DNA of 64,000 bases from Octopus bimaculoides (Eukaryota), in contig NC_068987.1 of NCBI RefSeq assembly GCF_001194135.2, positions 49,907,027 through 49,971,026 of the forward strand, given 5' to 3'. The notes under the pieces are model-generated. The model did no database searches and was not told the DNA's origin. It saw only the letters and a list, made by a program, of their open reading frames with translations. The translations under genes were made by a program, and so were the position numbers. Of this stretch, positions 14,401 to 26,400 are shown one piece after another. Position 1 is the stretch's first letter. Every line of letters starts with the position of its first letter.

Positions 14401-17400
14401 TGATCATAAGACTGCTCATTCAGGACTCTCTGGTGCTAAATAACCACCATCACCCTCCTATAGACACAACTTTATTTGCTTGATTAACCACCTTTTTTAG
14501 TCCTGATTAACTAACTCTCACATTGATTAATAGTAATTGTTAACCTAGTCAGTGGCCATAAGGCAATCTGTTTTTTTTAGTTAATAAGAGTAATAATTTT
14601 GTTTTTAACAATTTTTGCATCTTCTTCAAACTGGGATAAATAAAGGAAAACAGAAAACATCAAGAAAAGCTATTGTTATCTTATACCTTCAAATATATCA
14701 GTCATTTTACAAATTTGAGCAAACTCAGCACCATTGCACCAAGCATTCACAACATCCATCATATGGGGTTTGAAAGAATCAACATAAGTTTCTTCATCCA
14801 TCTCTATCTTGGCTTCTTTGCTCACTCGGGCAATTCTTCTGGCAGTTTCCTGTAAAATAAATAGACCAATTCTAAAAAACACCAGCATCGGAGTAAATAC
14901 AGAATGGTGTGTGATTCTTTAATCTTGCTGCAGTCAAACACTTCTAATACTGGTAGTACAATAAAACTACACCCAGTCCACAGCCCTTGTTATAATGTGA
15001 CTAGTGACAGGAAGGGAATCTACCTGTTTAAATAAAAATAACATGCACAACAACAAAGATTAGTTGTTTTCTCTGTGGTTGTAAATACCAGATGATGAAA
15101 GACTCATGCCAACTTGGAAAAACAAATGCAAAACAATGATGCCAACTGTGAATGATTTTTTACAAACGTTTATTTTAGATCATATTTTGATCCAGTAAGC
15201 TAAATAATTAGCATCATCATTTCTTAATCTTTATCTTCCTTACTAGCAGGGATTAGACAGTGTGACAGGATCAAACCTGTTGGAGGACTGAATCATGCTC
15301 CAATGTCTACTTTGGCATGTTTTTTTATGGTTGGAAGCTCTTCCTAACACCCACCACTATACAGAGTGTACCAGGTGTTTTTTTTTTTTCATGGCACCAG
15401 CACTAACAAGATTACTATGAGCTCACAAGATGAAGTAAACATGATATAAATAATGCAAAAGTGGGAGTCATATAACCAGAGTAATAACAAGATGGCAGAC
15501 GTAGTGTTGATGATAATGACTTAGAGTTTAGTACAGTTGTGTTATTAGTCAGTAAAAAATTAAGAATTTTAGACTGCCTGGTGGTGGTGATGGAGAGCAG
15601 AAAAGATAAAACACCAACTAAATACTTTTCACGAGTTAATTCAGTCCTGCTATAATATAAGAATTTGGCTTTCATGCCTTTCTTCTGGGCAATAGTGGCA
15701 TAACTGAACTGGCTTCAAAATGAATAAGACAAGCTATAGACTCATTGAGAACATGGTGCCACACATACAAGTCATAATAAAAAGGCCATACATTTTGAGG
15801 AAACTCTCACTCAGTTAAGACTATAGCAGAGTTAGCTAACAGATAAACCCATTCCATTAGATTTTAAGCTAGGTTGGCTATAATCCTGAAGCTTGTAAAC
15901 GGGAACAAAAAGAAAAAAAAATGCTCCATCTTTAGAGAAGAATAAAGAAGTCTAGTCATTTTAGAGGATAGAGGTGAGAAGCAAAATGTCAAGAAATCAA
16001 AGGGAACATAGAAGATAATTGAAAAGCTAATTAACCCTTGATATGTTTGACTAGTGATACTAGTAACAGCAGTAAATTTGTGACAGCTGATGTACAAATA
16101 CACTCTTTTACTCTTCTCCAAATGACATTCTATACTACTAGCTTTGATATAAAGATAGATAATATTAGCAATGCTAATCCTTCCCATAAAATAGCAATGG
16201 TTTTGTTACTCGGATGTACTGAACCCAAGTTTTGCCAGGAAAAAAAAAGCCATAACAGCAGCAAACAATTTGCTTCTATATTTCATTTTAGTTTATAAAC
16301 TCCCTGTTTTTTAACTGCATCACCATCATCATCACTGCTGCTATTGCAACTGCTATCACCATCATCATCATCATCAACATTTTAATATTCACTTTTCCAT
16401 GCTAGAATGGGTTAGATACAATTTGTGAGGCAGGCCAAATCTCTTGTTTATTTGGGTAATCACTAAAACTAATGTAATTAAGTGCACATACCTGCATGAT
16501 TCTTAATGGCCCACGAAGTGTTTCTGTCAATTTGGGAGTTTCTGATGCTTTTTCTTGGCAGACAAAACAACTGAGGAGGGCACAACTCTGTTGGACAGTG
16601 AGGTCAGTGAAAACTCCATGGAAAATCAACTCAGTAAGAAGAAGTTCTTGACCACTGAAAATTTAAATATGAAGTTAAGTCATGAAACAGTGAGTTATTT
16701 TTGAGAAACAAGATAACCCAATAAAAGGTAAATAATTTATAATAACCGACAATTTAATTTATGAAGTTGAAAAAAAAAAAAAAGAAAACTTTATTTTTGA
16801 TATATTCACAAACTTATAAATTTTGTCTACAACCAAGAATTAAGACACAGGTTAAACCAACAGATTTTTAAAAAAATTAGAATAACCCTCTATAGGTCAC
16901 TTTCCACATTTTGAACATATTGCTTTTCTGGGCATCAACACAAAAGTTCTAATGTTTAGCAGCTGACTTTATAAATGCCCACAAGATTATCCACCATCTT
17001 TCCAACTTCAGCCACCTTTTTGAATTCAATAACTCTCCTGTATATGGATATGCTTATAAAATCAGAGTAGTGCCCATGACTTTCAGAAACATTGCTTTCA
17101 CACTCAGTATTGTCAAAGCACAGAATAAACTATCTGCATCAGTCATTAGCTATCAAGACCCTGCATCATTTAAAAATTCCATGCTTTCCAAAATTCACTA
17201 ACACTATTTCTAACAAGCTTATGTACCCTTTCATCTTTATGGCTCTTTTACTAATTCACTTTTCTATCATTGTTTTCTTTCTTTACTTGACCTATTGCTA
17301 CTTCAGGTTCATTCCTGTGGCATAGCTCTGTGAGTAGGTGTTATCATGACATTTGCATGCTGTGCAGACAGTGTTAGTGTTTACACTTGTTGCAAAAACG

Positions 17401-20400
17401 TGTCCAGCCACTGAACAGTTTGTCGTTTGAAAGACCACTAGTAGCTTACTCAAAAAAACAATGTTGGTTGGTGCCAGGAAGAACATCCAGCTACAGGGGT
17501 ATGACAAATTGGAGTACTGTGTTATTACATTGTTTATATATTACTGTCCTTACATATGTTTCAGTTGTACTACAAGATGCAGCAGAAAAATCTCTTGTTG
17601 TGAGGCACATAAGCTATCAAAGTTAGACAGGTGTTAATGGTGTTCTTATGTAACTAATTTTTACTTCTTTTTTTTTTCAGTTACCGTTATGGATTGGCCT
17701 AATATGCACCATGGGTTTGCTATTTAACTCTTTAGTGTTCAGATTACTCTGTTGAATGTAATGTTTTTATTCAAATTGTTTTGAATTAATTATGCATTTT
17801 CTTATATCTTTACAGTTTCAGTGATGTGATTGTTTACTTTTAGAATGATACTGTAGGGTAAGGTGTGAGACCAAATCTGGCCAGTTTGAATATTGGGGCC
17901 AGATATGGCCAGTTTAAATGCTAAAGGGTTAAGTGCTTATCAGCCAGTAAAATGTGGGAGACTGCTTTTGCTAAACCTGTACATTTATTTTTGTGCTGTT
18001 GTTGTTCTACCATGTTCTATTTGTATATAACTGTAAATTCAACTTGAATTTGAACTGAAAATATCTGGATTTATGATTTAAGTTTTATTCCATCAAAAAT
18101 AACCAAACCTTGCAGATACCACAATACCAGAGTTATTAAACTTTAAAAAAATAAGTTTGACTACCTGTCAATTTCACAAGCAACTCTGCCTTTCATTTCA
18201 ATAACATCTGAAGGTGTTGCATAACCAAGTCGCCTCAACACACGTTTCCGGCATTTCAACTCATCCATTTGCAGTAATGACTTCTTTTTCTTCATTTCAA
18301 GTTTGATTTTTTTAATTTCTTGTCCAAGCTAAAACACACAAAGAAATCTTTATATTGCATCCAACATAGAACACTTAAGAAAATCTTCATATTTTGTCCA
18401 AGCTAAAATACATAACTCTTCTTCATAACATTATATATTGTGCAAGCTACATAAGGAAATCTTTAAAAGAATGTAATATGTTGTGTGTGCTTTCTACCAA
18501 ATTTCTAACTGTCCACTTTTGTGTGTTCCTATTAAATGTACTATTCTCAACCCACCTAGCTGACAACATTTTTCACACTAATTTCCGAGCTGTTTGGTTA
18601 AGCAAAAGACAGAATTCAAATGTAAAACAAGAAAGTGAAGTATGCTACCGTGGAACATGAATGTAGAGAGAACAAACACCATTTGAATGAACATTTTGCA
18701 TACAAAGATTGTGCAACATGTCGAGAAACTTGGATATCCTTTTGAGATTGACTGTAAGCAAAGGACACCATCAGTATTGATAGTGAGATTGTTGTTTACT
18801 ATCAACAAAAATATATTAACTCACACAACACTCACAAATACTCATGATAAGCTTCTTCAGTTTCTAAACCAACTTCACTCACAATGTATTGGTCAATCCA
18901 TGGGTGTAGTATAGAACGTCAGCTGACAACATTCATGCAGGCAACAAAACCCCTAACAACATGGCTTCAAAGACAACTTCAAAACTACACGGGCATGCCT
19001 GTACCTACTGGTGCATTTGATTTTATTTACCTTAGCTTTTCTTTCATACAGTGAATAATATTCTTCCAGTTTTGGGTCTTTATGAAGAGGATGGGAATAC
19101 ATACGGTGTTCAAAAGCTTCAATTTTCTGAAAGGGACAAAAATACAATCAAATATAAATTGCCTGTAGCAAACATGTAACAAATTGCACATAAAATATTA
19201 CTTGTGTGTGTGTACATATGTATATACATACATTTTAACTCAAATTTGACTTATTTGTATGTTATTAGTAGAAAAAAAAATATATATATATATATAAATT
19301 TTTATATTGTGGGTTTTATGTTGTATTTTATTTTTATATATATTTTCTTATGTATTTGTGGACTTTGATGTATTTCTTTATATATGATCGTTTATTGAGG
19401 GGACTGTTGTATGTTGAGTCGTTGACCCAAATGTAATGCTTTTATTCTGTAACTAATAATTTTTTATCCGTCTCAATTAACTTGACCACTTCTCTTTGCA
19501 GTCCTGTAAAAAACTAATTTGTTTCCTAATAAGAAACAGTTACCATTATCTATATACACATACATTATATATATTTATATTATACATGTGTGTATATGCA
19601 CACACACATACATAACATACACAATGTTTTGTTACAAGGAAGAAAACTGTTATTCATAGTTCAAATCTGCAAAGGATAACAACTGGAATAATGTTGATGT
19701 TCACATGAGGAATTATAGTAATTTCAAATGTTGCTGATACCTTAATGTTTTCNNNNNNNNNNNNNNNNNNNNNNNNNNNNNNNNNNNNNNNNNNNNNNNN
19801 NNNNNNNNNNNNNNNNNNNNNNNNNNNNNNNNNNNNNNNNNNNNNNNNNNNNNNNNNNNNNNNNNNNNNNNNNNNNNNNNNNNNNNNNNNNNNNNNNNNN
19901 NNNNNNNNNNNNNNNNNNNNNNNNNNNNNNNNNNNNNNNNNNNNNNNNNNNNNNNNNNNNNNNNNNNNNNNNNNNNNNNNNNNNNNNNNNNNNNNNNNNN
20001 NNNNNNNNNNNNNNNNNNNNNNNNNNNNNNNNNNNNNNNNNNNNNNNNNNNNNNNNNNNNNNNNNNNNNNNNNNNNNNNNNNNNNNNNNNNNNNNNNNNN
20101 NNNNNNNTACAACATAAAATCACATTATTACTGAAACGTGTCTGTATACATGATAGTGTGTTTAACTTAGTATAAATTGTACTGAACTGACCTCAGTACA
20201 TTGCTAGTAATTGTTACATTAACTTTTAAGAATCCACCCACCCAATCAGCATTAACCTCTTCCCTTTCTTGGTCATACTCCTCCACCCCAATTAATGCCT
20301 ACTATATCATTCTGTTATTCTCTCTACTACCACCCATCACAACTGTAAATCTGTTCCTCTCATCTTACCCTGCGCCATCCTGCTGTCTAGAACCCTAAAA

Positions 20401-23400
20401 CCATTGCCTACCCTCTCTTCTGTTCTTCCTCAATTTTAGGGATTACATTAGCTTCTAATCTTGCAAGGCTGGCAAGGATTGAACTAGTCACCATGATCTG
20501 AATCATCTCCTGCTTCTCAACTCTGATGCTCATATGTGTCATTTGGCTTAGTTTATGTGGTTGGATACTCTTCCCACTTTACAGAGGGTACTGGGTGTAT
20601 TTTTGGCACCAAACATTAAAGAAGTTAAATAATGGAACCTCAGAACCCTATGTGTTCTCTGCTCAGTTTGCCTATCTTTTTACAGAGTGTACTGGGGTGC
20701 AATTTGTGGTACCATAATTAGAGAGAATGTCTCATTCACCTGTCACTTTATGGTGATATTTGGATGTGAATATGAACATGGCTGTGTGTTAAGAAGTTTG
20801 TTACCCAATCACATGGTTCTATGTTCAGTCCTACTGTGTGGCACCTTGAAAAGCATCTTCTACTATGGACCCAGACTGACCAAAGCCTTGTGAGTGGATC
20901 TGGTAGACAGAAACTGAAAGCCCATCATGTTTATATAAATATACATTATATAAGGTAATATTTATCCACACATAAAAGTGGATGTTGTGTTACAACACAG
21001 AATACTGTGTTATTTACCAAGAAGACAAGTACTCCGCAACAGAAGTGTTAAGACTGATCCTTCTGGTGGTGTAAAGCACTTGTGGTGGTGCCACATAAAA
21101 GCGCCTGTGTTGTGCTGCGTAAAAGTACCCAGCACACTCTGTAAAATGGTTGGCATTAGGAAGGGCATCCAGCCAAACCTTGCCAAATCAGACAAGAGTC
21201 TGGTGCAGCTCCCCAGCACTGATCAAACCATCCAACCCATGCCAGCATGGACAACAGACATTAAATGATAGATGAGAGAACCTCTTATATAGACTTGTGG
21301 TGCAAAAATGTAACTGTGTTTATATTGGTAGCAGGTGATAATTGTCCACCGGAACTGCCAAATCCCATGATTTCAGCCCCTCTTGACCTTATCAATAATA
21401 GGCATCCATGGCTAGGTACAGCAGCTTTATCATCTGTCAGCAATATAAACACGAGTGATTTTATGCCCCACAAGTCCATATAAGAAGTTCTCTCATGGTA
21501 AATAATGCAATATTCTGTGTTCTGATACAACATCCAGTTTAAGTAAGAGATAAATATTTACTTTTTGGTATTAGTACTGCTTGTCACTGTTAATTATTTT
21601 ACGTGTGTGTGTGTCTTTGTCCCGCACCATTGCTAGACCACCAGTGTTGGTTTGTTTACATCCTTGTAACTTAACAGTTTGGCAAAAGGGACAAATAAGA
21701 TAAGTACAAGACTAAAAAAAATAAAAAGGTACTAGCATCAATTTGTTTGACAAAACCCCTTCAAGGCAGTGCCTCAGTATGGCCACAGTCTAATAACCAA
21801 AATAGGTAAAAGATAAACTCTGGTAGCTTAATGAAAGAGATCAATGGTAAAATCATCAAATAGGAGGAGTCATGAAATGTGGAGTACCTGAACTGATTTT
21901 AGGATGCTCTGCCTGCTGTCCAGTGACCGCAAGTCTTTAGGAACATATAAGCGTACGGAACTTATTGAAGATATCAAATGAATGAGAATAGGTACAACCT
22001 AGAAAGAAAAGACAAAATAAAATATAGTAACAACATTTAGAAATGACAAATAGATAGATAAATAAATAAATAAATATGCAATGAAAGCCGGTTAGAAATC
22101 CTTTTAATCCTCCTTATACACATCTATATTAAAATATGCTTTCAGTTTTAGCATTCTGCCTTATTATTATTTTTTATTTTCCTATATATATATGAGAGAA
22201 AGAGAGAGAGAACCAATATGAAAGATATTAAAACAAGCAATACCTGCATCTCTCCTTTCTGTCCAGGAGGACATGGTTTAATGGATAAGCTGCTATGAGT
22301 ATGAGCAGATTCTGGACTTAAATGGAGAAGGACTTCACAAACGTACTGAACATCTGATTCCAACTGAAAATATGACGACGACAGAGATTTTGAATGCAGG
22401 TTAACACAGAGGAATTCAAATTAGAAAAAAATTGTTTGTATAAAAAAAAACTTAACACTTTAATAAGTTGATATTTTGTCGTTGAAGAATTGTTATAATT
22501 TACTACTGACTATGGTGTAACAGTATATGGATGTCGGCTGTTTTAATTACCAATATTGCTTCGAATAGCATAGTGGGCTTCCTAAAACTCCCCCACCACC
22601 ACCACCAAATACTACCGATGTTTCCAATGTTTGATAAAGAGAGAATGCTGATGCATTTAGTAAATCTCAAGAAATCATGAAATTAGCTACAACATAACAG
22701 TGGAGATTGCAATGAGAAGAGGCCTTTTGGGTTAAAGTCCCTCGTGTTACCTTGGAATATATATATTTTTTTTTGCAAACAACTTGCTGATACAAGTGCT
22801 ACCAGTTCAAAGCTCTGCAAACTGGATGCTAGCAAGTTTATGGGGTATCGGGAGAGAATGTGTGCTGTTTCTCGATGGCATCATCGCACACTAGACCCCA
22901 CTCACTAAATCAACTGGTTATCAGGTTTCACTCAATATTCTTCTATCCATCGCTCATCGTCTCTTTTTAACCAAATCCAGTGGTTTGCCTTTTCCACTGT
23001 AGTCTGGATATCATTCATGGTGGTATTTGCTTTACGATGAGTAAGGCCTAACGATAACAATGAATCTCCTACATCCAACTTCAATTAAAAAATGCTCTGC
23101 TTTCCAGCCTGCATCTTGGAGGTTTTCATAACAGTCAATCTTTCGAGCCCCAGCAGCATCCATGTTATCTTCATGAGGAACTGTTAATTTGACTAGATGT
23201 ACCACTTTTTTTTCATGAAATTAGCTACAACATAACAGCAGAGATTGCAATAAGAGGCCTTTGGGTTAAAGTTACCCAAGTCACCTTGGAATATAGTTCA
23301 GACACTAATTTAGTGAAAATAAAACATACTCGAGATATTTTCCACTTAACTGAATCTATATGCTTTGCAATGCTTTCTGGATTTAAAATTTCACTGAGTA

Positions 23401-26400
23401 GACTCTCTCCAAGATGGGTAACAAGTTCGAACAAACCATTCAAATCTATTGTTTTCATTTAACTTGTTCTATTTTATCTATTTTTTTTTTATTTTAAAAA
23501 TTTTGTAGCTAAGTTTACCTTGCTTTGATCAGCCTTTTTCTGGACATTGACAACAACTCCCCAACCAAAATCATCATCAGTATTCTTTACCTGGAAAAGA
23601 GAGGCTGATAAGTTAATAAAAAATATCATTTCAACATTTAGCCACTTAGCATTTAAAGTAGCCATTTCTGACCCAAACATTCTACTTGTTTTATGTTCAA
23701 ACTGGCCACATCCAGACTCTCACACCTACTCTACAATATCATTCTAAGAATAAAACAATTCCTCATCATCATTTAGCATGTGCTTTCCATACTAGCATGG
23801 GTTAGATGGTTTCACAGAAACTGGTAAGCTGCACCAGGTTCCAATTTGATTTGGCATGGTTTCAATGGCTGGATGCCCTTCATTATGCCAACCACTCCAA
23901 GAGTATAACGGGTGTTTTTACAAGCCAGTTGCATGACACCAGCAGTTAAAATCATGAGACTATGAGATAATGCACAATTAATTCAAAACAATGTAAATAA
24001 ATAAGCATTAAATTTGACAAAGTAATTTGAACACTAAAGGGTTAAATATCAACTAAATATACATCACAAACTCCTGAAGGTACTTACTTTAATCAAACGG
24101 CCTGGCTGTAAAAACTGCAATATGTTTTGTGGTTTTGTGATATATCCTTGGAACTCAACAGCAAGGGCATCAAGCTGCTGCCTAATCTTATAGTAAGTTG
24201 CTATCTGCTCTTCATTTGGAATTTTCAGGTTAGTGTGATCTTTTTCTCGTTTCCGAATATCTACATGGTAAACAAAAGAAATATATAACATGGGAATGAA
24301 ACAAAACATTTAAATATTGATATACTATTTTACCTGCTTCAGCTTGCAAGCTGTAGCCATCTCTGTTGGCCTGCATCTAAAGGTGCTGTAGAATGGGGCT
24401 GAACCCAAACCACTTGGTTAAGAAGTGAACTTCTGAACCATACACCCATACCTGCATCTCTTTCATATACATATATACATAAACACACACTTTCATACAC
24501 ACGTTCACACATGCTTCTACACATCTGTCTACTGAATTCAACTAACAAGGCATTGATCAACAATGAACCTATGATAGGCTAGAGGGCCACAAAGTGGGAT
24601 TGATTTAGCAGTCACATGATTACAAAGCAAACCTTTTACCCACACAATCATATATTAGGATTTTCTAATTCCTCTTTGAATAGTCAAGCCATGAGATAAT
24701 TAAAAGTATTAACCTTTTAACATTTAAACTGGTCATATCCAGCCCAAATATTCAACCTGTTTTACATTCAAATCAGCCAGATATCTCTCACACCTATCCT
24801 ACAATGTCATTCTAAAAATGTATAATCACATGATCGAAATCTCAAAGCTGTTAGATATGAATATTTAATTCAAAACAATGTAAATAGATAACCATTACAT
24901 TTGGCAGAATAATCTGAATGCTAAAGGCTTAATGGTATAATTTGGTGAGATAGAATTCTTTTTCCAAATCAAGTGTAACAAAATTATGAATACATACTTT
25001 CAAGAAGTTGTGGTATGGTGGCATAGTTTTGGAACTGGTAGAAGGATCGTTCCAACATATATTCAGGATTAATTTCTTCGACTCTCAACAAATTCAGGAC
25101 CATGTTGTACGTTAGATGAAAGGCACTATTCAAGGGATCAGCTTCTCCCTAAACAAAAAGGTTTCAATATTTTCCATAACTTATAAAATTATTACAAAAG
25201 GAAAAACAAAGTACACACATCATCATCACCTTTCATTAACATAGATCCTTCCATGCTGGCATGGGTTGAAGGTTTTGACTGGATCCAACAACCCAGAAGA
25301 CTGTGTCAAGCTCCAAATGCTGCTTTGCACGGTTTCTACAGCTGCATGCCAATCCTAACCACTTCACAAAATGTATGGGGTGCTTTCTTTCATAGCACTG
25401 ACACTAGTAAGGTTACCAAGTAACTTGCAAAACAAAGAAAAGGGAACAGGTCCCTTGACTGAGTGGGGGTGCAGTATTGAATGAAGTGGCTTCATGCCAG
25501 GTGTTGAAAGGCTCTAGTATGGTAGCAAGACAAGAACAGGTGTCTTGCTGAAGAGTAGATACATGGCTACCCAGCATTATATAATGAGGAGTGGGAATAG
25601 TTGGAAAGAGAGATAAAAAATGAGGGTGATGAGAAATCAGTACCTCCATTTAAAAACTGAGACTTTGAAAATAAAACGTTGCATAGACATGAAACATAGA
25701 AAATAGGAATTTTTGACATTCATGCTTTCCTCAAGTAATAGCACTCAATGATTATGTCTAACACTTCAAAGTAACTTACAAACTCTATTCTAATACGAAA
25801 ACAGTTTTGCAGCACAAAATTTATTCAAAATTACATATATATAACTTAGGTGCAGATATGGCTACGTGCTTAAGAAGCTCACTTTGCAACTCAAGTTGAC
25901 TTTAGGTTCAGTGCCACTGTACAGAGTGTCTTCTACTATAGCCCCAGGCTTTAGTGAACTTAGTAGATGGAAACTGTCAAGAATCCCAACACATATATGT
26001 ATGAGTGTATGCTTCTTTATACTGACAATGCACGATAGTTGTAAAGAAATGCAATCATCATCCAAGCAGTGTTGTTTGTTTCCAATCTTCTGTGCAAATG
26101 TGTCTGGTCAAGGGGGAATTATTACCATGCTTGGGAAGGAACAAGTGAAGGTTAATCACAGGAAAGACATCTGGCCATAGAAAAATCTGCCTTGGCGAAT
26201 TTTGTCTCACCCATGCAAGCATGGAAAAGTGATGATTATATGGTAGGAGTTCACCAAGGAATGGTTCTCAGCCCCCTCTTATTCATCATAGTCTTCTAGG
26301 CCATAACAGAGGAATTTAAAGCAGATTGCCCTTGGGAGCTCCTCTCAGCTGATGACCTCGTTCTTATTGCTGAATCACTACCAGAACTAGAGAGGAAATT

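Noticed and set aside
15420-16290. Alternative identities for the hydrophobic frames (GPCR, iGluR, TMC, PIGW, TMEM168)
   Set aside because: Each matched only isolated motifs or conflicted in order, whereas PCNX4 matched colinearly
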